From: Trichormus sp. ATA11-4-KO1
GTDB taxonomy: Bacteria > Cyanobacteriota > Cyanobacteriia > Cyanobacteriales > Nostocaceae
Direction: 5' to 3'
Assembly (NCBI GenBank): GCA_019358915.1
Contig: JAHHIM010000036.1
Span: 1 to 64,000, forward strand
DNA: 64,000 nt
Positions within the stretch are counted from its first letter, which is position 1; every line of letters begins with the position of its first letter. Positions 22,818 to 32,240 of this stretch are shown here, piece after piece. Below the pieces are notes generated by a model. It did no database searches and was not told where the DNA came from. It saw only the letters and a program-made list of their open reading frames with translations. The translations under genes were made by a program, and so were the position numbers.

Positions 22818-23657
22818 TTAAGCAGGATTAAGCCTCTCTAATCCAGAGTAGACATTGAAGCGTTCTCCACGGAGAAAACCAATTAAAGTAATGCCAAATT
22901 CTTGAGCCACTGATACCGCTAAACTGCTGGGAGCAGATACAGAACAGACGATGGGAACCCCAGCCACTGTGGATTTTTGCAAAATTTCAAAACTAGAGCG
23001 GCCGCTTACCATCACAATATGATTATTTAAAGGCAACTCATTGCTCAGTAAAGCTGTACCGATTAATTTATCTAGGGCATTATGGCGACCAACATCTTCC
23101 CGTAGATTCAATAATTGCCCTTGGGTATCGAATATAGCAGCAGCGTGTAAACTTCCTGTAGCAGCAAAAATACCTTGAGCAGCCCGCAGTTTATCTGGTA
23201 AGCTGTATATAATCTCAGGATTGGTATTGGCTACTGAAGAAATTACTGGATAACCCCGCCAGCGTAAAGCTTCCAGACTGGCTTTACCACAAACCCCACA
23301 GGCGCTGGTAGTGTAAAAGTGGCGTTCTAAAGGTTGTAAATCTGCAATCAGCCCTGAGCGTAGTTCGACATTGACAATGTTGTAGCGCTGTTCACCATCT
23401 ATAGATTCATCCACACAATAGCTGATGCGCTGGATATCTTGCCTACAACTAATTACCCCTTCACTGTAGAGGAAACCAGCAGCTAATTCAAAATCTGCCC
23501 CTGGCGTTCGCATGGTCACAGCTACTGTGCGCTGTGGAAAGACAAGACGAATTTCTAAAGGTTCTTCGGTGGTGAGATGGTCTTGTCGCAAACGCTTTTT
23601 ACCATTCTCAAATACCCAAACTTGGGCTTTAGTTTTGCTTTTAGTCGGGGTTTTCAT
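22818..23657 (-). CDS. fdhD: Formate dehydrogenase accessory sulfurtransferase FdhD
   Basis: EEPLEI, TMRTPG, SACGVCG, EDVGRHNALDK and SAPSSLA motifs. Confidence 0.95.
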   Translation of the reverse strand: MKTPTKSKTKAQVWVFENGKKRLRQDHLTTEEPLEIRLVFPQRTVAVTMRTPGADFELAAGFLYSEGVISCRQDIQRISYCVDESIDGEQRYNIVNVELRSGLIADLQPLERHFYTTSACGVCGKASLEALRWRGYPVISSVANTNPEIIYSLPDKLRAAQGIFAATGSLHAAAIFDTQGQLLNLREDVGRHNALDKLIGTALLSNELPLNNHIVMVSGRSSFEILQKSTVAGVPIVCSVSAPSSLAVSVAQEFGITLIGFLRGERFNVYSGLERLNPA

Positions 23658-23940
23658 TAATTACTATAATAAAACCTGTTGCATCATTGCTTTGAAAAAT
23701 AGTGTCAGTAAGACGACGTAAATAATTAAAGGTTTGTAGTGTAAATCCCTGACAGGCATGGCTGCGCTTTGGGCGTTACACAAAAGATTAAATAATCCCC
23801 CTTCTTTGACGGAATTAACACGATTAGTAGGGTTAAATGACTGTACAATGAATTATATTCCTACGTAATTATGGGTAATAAAGGCAAGTGTGCTTATCTC
23901 TTCGCTAGCAGTATCACGTCAGTAGTCTAGTGAAATTGAC

Positions 23941-24036
23941 ATGATGAAAATCGGACTACAGCAATACTGGAACTTACTCGTAGATTATCTTGAACCACAA
24001 AAGGGAAGGGTTGTTAAGTTTGCAGTACTTAGCTAG
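23941..24036 (+). pseudogene. 5' remnant of an ABC transporter permease/ATPase gene
   Basis: MMKIGLQQYWNLLVDYLEPQKGRVVKFAVLS* resembles the N-terminus of cyanobacterial ABC exporters and then stops. Confidence 0.5.
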
Positions 24037-24117
24037 ATAGTCAGGCTGCTCACTATTTGGTACAGCGATATTACTATACTTAAATTAGGCAGAGGGATCG
24101 CCATAGTCTGAGAATTA

Positions 24118-24327
24118 CTACTTTTCTGGCTCAGTTTGCGCTCGCGCAGCTTTTCTAACTTCTGCAATATCTAATTCTAATGCTTCTGCTACCTGCTCCA
24201 AAGTTAACCCCAACTTCAATAACCGAGATACTGCTTCGAGTTTACCCTCAACGCGCCCCTTACGCTCTCCGTCTTCCAAGCCTTCTTGGTAAACCCTGGT
24301 TTGTTTCAAATCGCCTAATCCTAACAT
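24118..24327 (-). CDS. Putative nested in-frame small protein (Rpn-S-like, 69 aa)
   Basis: Internal GGAG lies 9 nt upstream of an in-frame ATG (GCGGAGATTCAGGCAATG) at the start of the C-terminal domain. Confidence 0.5.
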   Translation of the reverse strand: MLGLGDLKQTRVYQEGLEDGERKGRVEGKLEAVSRLLKLGLTLEQVAEALELDIAEVRKAARAQTEPEK

Positions 24328-24924
24328 TGCCTGAATCTCCGCTTGACTCTTGTGAGGAAACTTATAAACAATGATTGTCTCTATTAATTCTACTAATTTT
24401 CTCCTGACCTGTTCATCAGGAACTTGTCTACTCCTGTCAATTAAACTCCGCGCTTTTACACTCGCCTGTTCTGGTGGTTCCACTACCAATGTGAGAGTTC
24501 CTAAACCAATTGATTGATTAGTTAAGTCTCTCAACTCATCTAGATAAATTACTTGCACTCGTTGACTTTCAAAAAATTCCCAATAGCGCATCGGGACACC
24601 AGGATCGAGGCGGCGACTCATCCAAATCACAGTTCCTCGCCAATCGTTGCGTATTTCCGTCTTATCCAGATACATAAAAATTTCCGTGAGGAGGCGGGAA
24701 TAAAGTCCGGAATCAGGTTGAAACTGAAATTCAGTGAAATGAATGGGACGTTCTAAATCTGGTTGTTTGGGTAAAAATGCTCCATCAATCCGAAAATTTG
24801 TTTGCTTGACTTCTACTGATAAAAATTCGTATGCTTCTGCTTCCACTGGCGATTGACCGAGCAATTCAAAGAAAACGCCAGGAAATGTTTTGAACAGTCG
24901 ATAGAGAATTGAATCAGATTTCAC
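24118..24924 (-). CDS. Rpn family recombination-promoting nuclease / DUF2887 protein
   Basis: MKSDSILYRLF..EVKQTNFRIDG..FTEFQFQ (PD-(D/E)XK-like), with a C-terminal LKQTRVYQE..GLTLEQVAEALEL helical tail. Confidence 0.9.
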   Translation of the reverse strand: MKSDSILYRLFKTFPGVFFELLGQSPVEAEAYEFLSVEVKQTNFRIDGAFLPKQPDLERPIHFTEFQFQPDSGLYSRLLTEIFMYLDKTEIRNDWRGTVIWMSRRLDPGVPMRYWEFFESQRVQVIYLDELRDLTNQSIGLGTLTLVVEPPEQASVKARSLIDRSRQVPDEQVRRKLVELIETIIVYKFPHKSQAEIQAMLGLGDLKQTRVYQEGLEDGERKGRVEGKLEAVSRLLKLGLTLEQVAEALELDIAEVRKAARAQTEPEK

Positions 24925-25146
24925 TTACTAAAAAAAGCGATGTAGGTAAATAAATAAATATATCAAGATATGTTCACATTAAATAGGCAAAATTAAGCGT
25001 AAAATACGAAAATTGGCTGAAAATATTCTCTCTTGTCCTCTACTGTAATTTTAAATGAGCCTCCAGAATAAGGCTTGCTGATAGCTAAAGGTTTATGAAA
25101 AATGGACTACAGCAATATCAGTTTGGCACAGGCACAAAAACCTGCT

Positions 25147-27192
25147 TTATCGTGATTTTAAATCAGCGATCGCACCTTTAGTCATGGCAGCAATAGTTTT
25201 ATCGGTGGCTTTAGGCAAATGATAATACTTGCCTGCGGCTGTTTGCGATAGTTCTTTGGCAAAGCCAGTAGAAACAAATTTACTTTCTGTATCAATAACT
25301 AATAACTGCATCCCCAAAACGCGAATTCTGGCGGCAATTTGTAATAGTTCCGCTTTGATGTCTGGCTTTTCTCCTGGTTCTAGCTGTTCACCTAAAGAAC
25401 GCGCTAAGGGAATATTACCTCGTCCATCGGTGATGGCGACAATCACAACTTGCCCAATATCTCCACTCATCTGGGCATTTAAGCCAACACGTACAGCTTG
25501 AGTTAAACCATGTGCTAAGGGCGAACCCCCACCACAGGGTAGTCTTTCGAGGCGGTTACGCGCTAGAGCAATGGAACGCGTTGGAGGTAATAATACCTCG
25601 GCTTGTTCTCCCCGGAAGGGAATCAACGCTACTTGGTCACGGTTTTGATAAGCTTCCGTTAAAAGTTGCATGACTGCACCTTTAGCTGACTGCATTCGGT
25701 TTAAGGCCATTGAGCCAGAAGCATCTACCACAAACACCACTAAGGCTCCAGCTTTGCGTACCAAGCGCTTAGAACGGATGTCACCCTGCTCTACAATTAC
25801 TTTTCTGTCTGGGTGTCTTTCTCTGCGTGCTTTTTGATAAGGTGCAGCTGCTCTTAAGGTTGCATCTACTGCAATGCGTCGCACTTTACCTTTGGGCAAC
25901 ATTGGCTTAATATAGCGTCCCCGGTCTTCCGAAAAGATGATACTGCGACTACCCGATTTGCCCTGTCGCTTCGCCATTTGAGCAAAATAAAGTACGCTTT
26001 CATCAAGGATTACCCCTTCTGGATCAAAAATAAATTCTTCTGGGATCTCCGGGGGTTCTTGTTCTTGATTTTCTTCTTGGTCTTCTTGTTCTTCTTGTTC
26101 TTCTTGGTTTTCCTGGTCTTCCTGTTCTTCTTGATTCTGTGGTGGTGGCGGTGGTGGCGGTGGCGGTGGTTGATCAGGTGGTGGTGTCTGGACGATGGTG
26201 GAGCGTGGGACAATCACCAATTCCACCGCACGGCGCAAATCTTCTGCATTAACTGCTGTGCGTCCCTCCAAAGCCGCCGCCGCTTTAGCAACTCGCACGG
26301 CAAATAACTCGGCGCGATGTCCTTGGACTTTGCCACGAATTGCTTCATCTACTAAATAGGCAATTTGTTCATGGGTGATGGTGACTTCTTTCAACCATTC
26401 CCGTGCCAAGATAATTTGAGTTTTCAGCGCGTCTAAGTCTTCGTTGTATTGCGCAAGGAAATCTTGGGGAGAATTGGAGTAGGCGATCGCAACTTCAACT
26501 GCTGTTACTCTTTGATCTAAGCCGAGTACACCGTCAGCAGAAAGGGCGATCGCAATTCTATCTAATAAATGTTCCCGTAATGCGCCTTCTTCTGGGTTAT
26601 AGGTGGCAATAAATAAAGATTTGCCAGGATGCTGAAAACTAATTCCCTCGCGCTCAATTTGGTTGCGTCCTTCAGATAATACTGTTAGCAACTGATTGGA
26701 GATTTGGTCATCTAATAAATTCAGTTCATCCACATACAGCACGCCTCGGTTGGCTGTGGCGAGTAACCCAGGCTGAAACACTGTATCACCTTGTTTTACG
26801 GACTGTTCTACATCCACAGAACCCAAGAGTCTGTCTTCTGTCACTCCTAGGGGAATCTGTACAAAAGGCGCAGGAATAATATCAGTAGGAATGTTTTGAA
26901 TATCTTGACCCGCATACTTTGCTAATAGATCATCATCCCAGTCTTCTGGGTGGTTGGGGTCACAGTTACTAATTGAGCCTTTAACAACTTCGATAGGCGG
27001 TAGTAAGGCGTGGATAGCACGAGCCATTACAGATTTTGCCGTACCGCGACGACCTGCGATCGCCACTCCCCCCAAACCTGGATCGACTGCTGCTAACAGC
27101 AGAGCTAATTTAATCGCTTCTTGACCGACTACGGCTGTTAAGGGAAAGGCGGTGATTGTGGGGTTGATAGTAGGCGCGGGCATGGTTAGCAA
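25147..27192 (-). CDS. chlD: Magnesium chelatase subunit D
   Basis: AAA-like N-domain (GRRGTAKS), polyproline/acidic linker and C-terminal vWA domain (DASGSM). Confidence 0.97.
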   Translation of the reverse strand: MLTMPAPTINPTITAFPLTAVVGQEAIKLALLLAAVDPGLGGVAIAGRRGTAKSVMARAIHALLPPIEVVKGSISNCDPNHPEDWDDDLLAKYAGQDIQNIPTDIIPAPFVQIPLGVTEDRLLGSVDVEQSVKQGDTVFQPGLLATANRGVLYVDELNLLDDQISNQLLTVLSEGRNQIEREGISFQHPGKSLFIATYNPEEGALREHLLDRIAIALSADGVLGLDQRVTAVEVAIAYSNSPQDFLAQYNEDLDALKTQIILAREWLKEVTITHEQIAYLVDEAIRGKVQGHRAELFAVRVAKAAAALEGRTAVNAEDLRRAVELVIVPRSTIVQTPPPDQPPPPPPPPPPQNQEEQEDQENQEEQEEQEDQEENQEQEPPEIPEEFIFDPEGVILDESVLYFAQMAKRQGKSGSRSIIFSEDRGRYIKPMLPKGKVRRIAVDATLRAAAPYQKARRERHPDRKVIVEQGDIRSKRLVRKAGALVVFVVDASGSMALNRMQSAKGAVMQLLTEAYQNRDQVALIPFRGEQAEVLLPPTRSIALARNRLERLPCGGGSPLAHGLTQAVRVGLNAQMSGDIGQVVIVAITDGRGNIPLARSLGEQLEPGEKPDIKAELLQIAARIRVLGMQLLVIDTESKFVSTGFAKELSQTAAGKYYHLPKATDKTIAAMTKGAIADLKSR

Positions 27193-27270
27193 AATAGCTG
27201 GTCTCGGCTTTTAGCATAGCAATTTCTGGCACATTTAAAATAAGTAATATGAGAATTTAGGAGCAAGGTT

Positions 27271-27867
27271 ATGAGTATTACTCAAACTAAACGTTTTACA
27301 CTCAATGAATACCACAGGCTTACAGAACTGGGTTTTTTCCACGAAGATGACCATATCGAATTAATTAATGGGGAAATTATTCAAATGGTATCGAAGGGTA
27401 AAGTCCACGAAACTTGTTTACGAAACTTGTTGCGGGAACTACCAAAACTTGTGGGAGATAGGGCGACGTTACAATCTCAAGCTCCGATTACCTTACCACC
27501 CAATAGCGAACCTGAACCAGATTTCGCAATTGTTAAAAATCGAGATGATAATTATCTTTCATCTCATCCTGTCTCTGTTGATATTTTACTAGTAATGGAA
27601 GTTGCTGATTCTTCCCTAGCTTACGACCAAGACATCAAAATACCTCTTTATGCACAAGCAGATATTTCTAATTATTGGATATTTAATTTATTTGATCATC
27701 ATCTGGAATGTTACAGTGAACCATATTTAGATAATCAAGGTAAATATGGCTATCTCAATAAGCGAATTGTTTTATCTAATCAATTAATAGCTTTGCCTTG
27801 TTTTCCTGATTTATCTCTCGATTTAAGTAGAGTATTTCCGCCAAAGTTGAATTTTTCAAGTTTATAG
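27271..27867 (+). CDS. Uma2 family endonuclease
   Basis: IELINGEI, SEPEPDFAI, EVADSSLAYD and K..LYAQA.I..YWI motifs. Confidence 0.92.
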   Translation: MSITQTKRFTLNEYHRLTELGFFHEDDHIELINGEIIQMVSKGKVHETCLRNLLRELPKLVGDRATLQSQAPITLPPNSEPEPDFAIVKNRDDNYLSSHPVSVDILLVMEVADSSLAYDQDIKIPLYAQADISNYWIFNLFDHHLECYSEPYLDNQGKYGYLNKRIVLSNQLIALPCFPDLSLDLSRVFPPKLNFSSL

Positions 27868-27972
27868 ATATTGAGTAATAAGGTTTGCGTTTCTTCACAA
27901 ACAATTATCTTGACATCCAGTATCAGCTATGTAATTCTATACTTAAGACAGCAAAATAACCGCACTATAAAG

Positions 27973-28193
27973 CGCAGGTTTTTGGTGTTGTCTCAGCAGC
28001 AGAATTCCTAGTTTCCTGCCAAGCTTTGTGTTATCCCTTCGGCTGAATATTCAGCCTGATATCAGGTCAATTAGTTGACTAGACTTTCAAAGGGAAGATG
28101 AGGTATTTGGATGAATGTTCAGGAGAATGGATAACGCAAAACTTGGCAGGAAGCCAGGAATTCTACGGCTGAGACAGGAGCCAAAAAAAAGCG
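27973..28193 (+). ncRNA. Candidate long-stem structured RNA / leader upstream of the NYN gene
   Basis: 27989-28063 pairs gap-free with 28102-28176 (hand count: 61 Watson-Crick pairs, 5 G-U and 9 mismatches on the + strand). It is extended by TTTTTGG/CCAAAAA, and the 38-nt loop contains two small hairpins. Confidence 0.6.
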
Positions 28194-28320
28194 ACAGCAA
28201 AAAGCTTAATAACAGGGAAATACTTTTTAAGTGTCAATCCCTTACCTCAAGCTATCCTACTGCTATATATGTGATTTGTTGAGGCTGTTCAGTTAACCAA
28301 AAAAACCTGGACATACTACA

Positions 28321-29109
28321 ATGACAGACATTCATTTCAAATCAAAGGGACAAACACGCCAGCAGAAGCGTTTGGTTTCCATTTATTGGGACTATCAAAA
28401 TACTAGATTAAGTCTAGAGCAAGCCAAATTATTGCTAGATTTTGCCAAATCTAAAGGGTGTATAGTTAGCAAAAATGTCTACTATAATTCACAGCATCAA
28501 GATCAAGCTGCGGCAAAAAATGATATGGCCAATCTTGGTTTCAACTATCTGAATGTTCCCTGTTCTCTGAAGAATAGCGCAGATAACCAATTAATAGCCG
28601 ACTGCTTAGAGGAGATTTATAGCAATACTTCTTCAGATATATTTATCCTTGTATCAGGAGATGGAGATTTTGTAAAATTGGTTCATAGTCTGCAAAAATT
28701 AGGCAAACAAGTTATCATCTTTGCTCAATTAGGTAATGTAAAACAGAAACTGATAGAATTGGCTGATGAATTTTACTTTGTAGACAAGTTACTTGAGTTA
28801 GTAGAGCAAAATAACCCACCTCAAACCACTGCTATTGAGTCCCAGATTAATTACAATGAGGCTATAGAGTGTTTGATTGCAGCTATCAACACTGTCTTAA
28901 TCCAGGGTAAGCGTACATTATTTAGTAATATTGATAAATTAATGCGTCAAATTTGTGTGAATTACAAAGGATATTCTTCTATTTCTAATCCTACTGGGAA
29001 GAAATTCAAATCCTTTAGTCAATTTGTGGATTTCGCTGTAAAAACTGGTAAAATTCAAACAAAAAATCAAGAGTTGTTTTTAATTGATCTAGAAAAAATA
29101 ACTGCATAA
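28321..29109 (+). CDS. NYN (LabA/DUF88) ribonuclease with C-terminal OST-HTH/LOTUS-like domain
   Basis: IYWDYQN, KNSADNQL, LVSGDGDF and LADEF acidic PIN-fold motifs. The C-terminal ..KFKSFSQFVDFAVKTGKI is an OST-HTH-like pattern. Confidence 0.88.
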   Translation: MTDIHFKSKGQTRQQKRLVSIYWDYQNTRLSLEQAKLLLDFAKSKGCIVSKNVYYNSQHQDQAAAKNDMANLGFNYLNVPCSLKNSADNQLIADCLEEIYSNTSSDIFILVSGDGDFVKLVHSLQKLGKQVIIFAQLGNVKQKLIELADEFYFVDKLLELVEQNNPPQTTAIESQINYNEAIECLIAAINTVLIQGKRTLFSNIDKLMRQICVNYKGYSSISNPTGKKFKSFSQFVDFAVKTGKIQTKNQELFLIDLEKITA

Positions 29110-29123
29110 GCTTTATGTTTTAA

Positions 29124-29152
29124 AAACCCAGTTTATTGTCTTCACTGGGTTT
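29124..29152 (+). terminator. Stem-loop between NYN and rnc
   Basis: AAACCCAGT..ACTGGGTTT inverted repeat with a short T tail. Confidence 0.45.
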
Positions 29153-29249
29153 ACTGACTAACGCCGCTATTGCGGCTTTTTCGTGCTTAAAAAGTTACAC
29201 TTGTACAACTTCCCAACAGTCAATTTTAGCAACAATACAAGTCATAAAA

Positions 29250-29936
29250 ATGCACAAACTTCTAAGATTCCGTGATGAAAAACTTTTACGTCGCGCACTT
29301 ACCCACCGTTCTTATGTTCATGAAAACCCAGGCGAAGGCGAACACAATGAACGTCTAGAATTTCTTGGTGATGCTGTGTTGAATTTCTTAAGTGGTGAAT
29401 ATCTCTATCGCCGTCATCCAGAAAGAGGAGAAGATGAATTAACTAGACGACGTTCGGCGCTGGTGGACGAGAAGCAACTAGCCAAGTTTGCTATTGAAGT
29501 GGGTTTAGACTTCAGGATGCGGTTAGGGAAAGGTGCAATTCGAGATGGAGGCTACCAAAATCCTAATTTGCTCAGTAGTACTTTTGAAGCAGTTATTGGT
29601 GCTTACTATCTGGATAATGATTCCCATATTGAAGCAGTGCGCGCAATTATAGAACCGTTATTTGATGCTGTACCTGAGCAAATTGTTGTCTCTCGGTCTA
29701 ATGTAGACTCAAAAAATCGCTTTCAAGAATGGGTACATCGCCACCTTACGCCTAATCCTCCCAAATATGTCACACTTCAAGTCGGCGGTTTGTCTCACGC
29801 GCCAGAATTTGTTGCTAAAGTCTTAGTAGATGAAAAAGAATATGGAGAAGGTAAGGGACGCAATAAGAAAGACGCTGAGAAAGCGGCGGCCGAAAATGCG
29901 TTAGCTAAGTTGCAAAAACAAGGGTTGTTGTTATAG
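29250..29936 (+). CDS. rnc: Ribonuclease III
   Basis: ALTHRSY, signature NERLEFLGDAVL, FEAVIGAYYLD and a C-terminal dsRBD. ATG 29250 is preferred over TTG 29136. Confidence 0.96.
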   Translation: MHKLLRFRDEKLLRRALTHRSYVHENPGEGEHNERLEFLGDAVLNFLSGEYLYRRHPERGEDELTRRRSALVDEKQLAKFAIEVGLDFRMRLGKGAIRDGGYQNPNLLSSTFEAVIGAYYLDNDSHIEAVRAIIEPLFDAVPEQIVVSRSNVDSKNRFQEWVHRHLTPNPPKYVTLQVGGLSHAPEFVAKVLVDEKEYGEGKGRNKKDAEKAAAENALAKLQKQGLLL

Positions 29937-29944
29937 AGATTTTG

Positions 29945-30078
29945 GGTGTTGCATAAATACGGGATAAAGGTATATTCTTTGCGTCTTTGCGCGCCAGTTG
30001 CTACAAGTCGGGAAACCCGCCCAACGCACTGGCTTGTCTTTGCGCGAAACCAAATTCATCCCATCAATCAGCAACGCC
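29945..30078. mobile_element. MITE (same family as 51381-51493) with a nested small dispersed repeat
   Basis: Ends GGTGTTGCATAAATACGGGAT / ATTCATCCCATCAATCAGCAACGCC; flanks AGATTTTG / AGATTTTTG are TSD-like. Confidence 0.7.
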
Positions 30079-31275
30079 AGATTTTTGGCTCTCCAGTTGC
30101 AAAGGGAAAATTACTGTGAAAGTAGAACCAACTCCGACCTCAGAAACTAGGTTAATTTCACCTTGCAATAGTTTTACTAAACGGGAAACTATTGCCAATC
30201 CCAAGCCAGTGCTATCGGGGAGATAGGATTTATTACCAGAATTAGCCCGAAAATAAGCTTCAAATATCCGGTCTTGGTTTTCTGGGGCAATCCCAATTCC
30301 AGTATCAGCAACTGCGATCGCCCACTTGTGATCATCCAGTAACTTACACGCTATACTAATACTCCCTGACTCTGTGTAGCGAATAGCATTACTCACAAGA
30401 TTTGTCATAATTTGTTGTAGTTGAAATTCATCTGTGACTATTTCTTGCGGGATGCGATCGCAATTTACATCAATTTGTAAATTTTTTTCGTCAGCTAAAG
30501 GCTCAAACATTTCATACACATTATTAACTAACTCACGTACATCAGTGGGTACTGGTTTAAGTTTGATCTGTCCTGCGTCATACCGGGAAATTTCTAGGAC
30601 ATCATTAATCAAACGCAGTAAGTGTCTCCCATTACGTAGCACCCGCTCAATATGTTCTAAATTGGTATAGGAGTCTTTGACTTCAGACTTCTTGCGTTGT
30701 TGGCGTAAAAATAAATCTGAGTAACCAATAATCGAACTTAGAGGATGTTTCAGGTCATGGGCTAGTTGAGAAATATAATCTTGATTAGCAATAACTAAAC
30801 GATTTAGTTGTTGATTATGAAGCGCTAGTGACGAATGCAGCTGCTGTAGTTCTCGCAAACGTTCCTCAACATAACTATCGACACACCTAGAGGTGGCTTC
30901 GTCTATCACGGCATCAATTAAACGCACAGCACGAATAATCTCTGTAGGTGTTCCCTTCAACAAATCTGGTTCTAAAGTCTCAAAAATTACCATTCTGAGC
31001 AAATGATATTCGTGGCTAATTTCTGCTGGATCAAAGCCTTGTTTCGCCCGCAGAGTGCCATGTTGCCAACTAGCAGTAACTATCGACCTAATATCACTAT
31101 TCTCAGATGTCGAAAGCACCGTTAGCATTGCTTTTAAAACATCTGGGATGTCATTTTGTATTGCTGTATACGTTAGGTCATCAGCACTTTCAATCTTCCT
31201 ATTTTTCCGAACTGCTGCAACCCATTTTTCGAGAATGGTGTCGGTCTTTTCAGCCAGTAACAGACTAAAATCCAT
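30064..31275 (-). CDS. Sensor histidine kinase with RsbRD_N-like N-terminal domain
   Basis: N-terminal helical domain (HGTLRAKQGF), H-box LAHDLKHPL, NLVSNAIRYT, DTGIGI and STGLGL motifs. Confidence 0.9.
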   Translation of the reverse strand: MDFSLLLAEKTDTILEKWVAAVRKNRKIESADDLTYTAIQNDIPDVLKAMLTVLSTSENSDIRSIVTASWQHGTLRAKQGFDPAEISHEYHLLRMVIFETLEPDLLKGTPTEIIRAVRLIDAVIDEATSRCVDSYVEERLRELQQLHSSLALHNQQLNRLVIANQDYISQLAHDLKHPLSSIIGYSDLFLRQQRKKSEVKDSYTNLEHIERVLRNGRHLLRLINDVLEISRYDAGQIKLKPVPTDVRELVNNVYEMFEPLADEKNLQIDVNCDRIPQEIVTDEFQLQQIMTNLVSNAIRYTESGSISIACKLLDDHKWAIAVADTGIGIAPENQDRIFEAYFRANSGNKSYLPDSTGLGLAIVSRLVKLLQGEINLVSEVGVGSTFTVIFPLQLESQKSGVAD

Positions 31276-31701
31276 TATTTTCAGGTGAGTCTGGAGTAGA
31301 TGAGTAAACTTACTTATACAATTAGTTTAGCGATTGCGGTACCGCTCATCAAAATCAGTGATATCTTTCAACCTACTAAGATAAATATATCTTGCCTGAT
31401 GTGATTTAAATTCACCACTGACTCGTTGACTGGATTGGCTTTTCAGGATTTGAGATGGCGTTGTATAATATATATCCTTTTTTCTAAAACAGTCAGGCGG
31501 TTATCAGGCTTATGAGAAATTTTTAGCGTTTCTCAAGATGGTTTAAATGTAGTACGGTGTACTGGAAATAACTCATTGGCAGCAAATTATAACAATTATT
31601 TGACCTATCAAGCTATTGTAACTTTATTATGCCTTTTTCAGTAGTTGAGAATGCTGAGTACTATTGGCCTAGTCAGGTGTTAGCCTGTACCAAGTGAAAA
31701 A

Positions 31702-31806
31702 ATATAGCAATCCTATTTGATTTGTAAACAGCAAGAAGCTCAGATTCCCGCCGGCTTTAAGAAGTCGGGAATATTTTTGTTCATGACTGATTTAGGATCG
31801 CTGTAT
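31702..31806. mobile_element. Short MITE-like repeat
   Basis: Imperfect TIRs ATATAGCAATCCTATTTGA / TGATTTAGGATCGCTGTAT around an internal hairpin ATTCCCG..CGGGAAT. Confidence 0.55.
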
Positions 31807-32240
31807 GTAGTTCATTCATGAGTTTTTCTACTCTGATTATTACTTTACACTCAGCACTTTTTATTAAACACTTAAAAACCTATTTTCCTGATAGTTATAA
31901 ATAAATTTATGTAGCAATAAACTCTTGTATATTACCTTCATTTTATTTTTAAATAATCAGCATCAAAAACAGTTATTAAATTGTTTATTCCATATTTGCT
32001 AACTGGCAAATGCAACTAACAGTACAACAGGTCTTTGGTCATATAGTTGAATTTTCTAAATATCGTCCCTAGGTATGAGACCAAATAACAACTTTAGATA
32101 GTGGTGCCAGCAATTTGGAATAGCTAATATAGAAAAATATAGTCCAGTATTCACTACACCAAATCCCTTTTGTTGCGCGTGCTGGGGGTTTTTACATAGG
32201 ACTGGATTGTCTCAACTGAAAGTTCCTTAGCAAAACAGAT

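Noticed and set aside
26040..26190. Low-complexity Pro/Glu/Gln repeats and overlapping ORFs in chlD
   Set aside because: This is the normal ChlD polyproline-acidic linker.
27910..27943. TTGACA..TATACT promoter for the hairpin
   Set aside because: The spacer is 22 bp, so it is not callable as a canonical -35/-10 pair.
28098..28172. 24-aa ORF (MRYLDECSGEWITQNLAGSQEFYG) in the hairpin 3' arm as a type I toxin
   Set aside because: It is not hydrophobic, RBS spacing is poor, and its sequence is constrained by the stem, so there is no support for translation.
27947..28202. GACAGCAAAA direct repeat as a TSD making the hairpin a MITE
   Set aside because: The left copy is ~16 nt away from the stem and the sequence is A-rich. 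It is kept only as an alternative to test by copy-number search.
31549..31562. GTA-N8-TAC NtcA-like site
   Set aside because: Short motif expected by chance, with no convincing -10 at the canonical distance.
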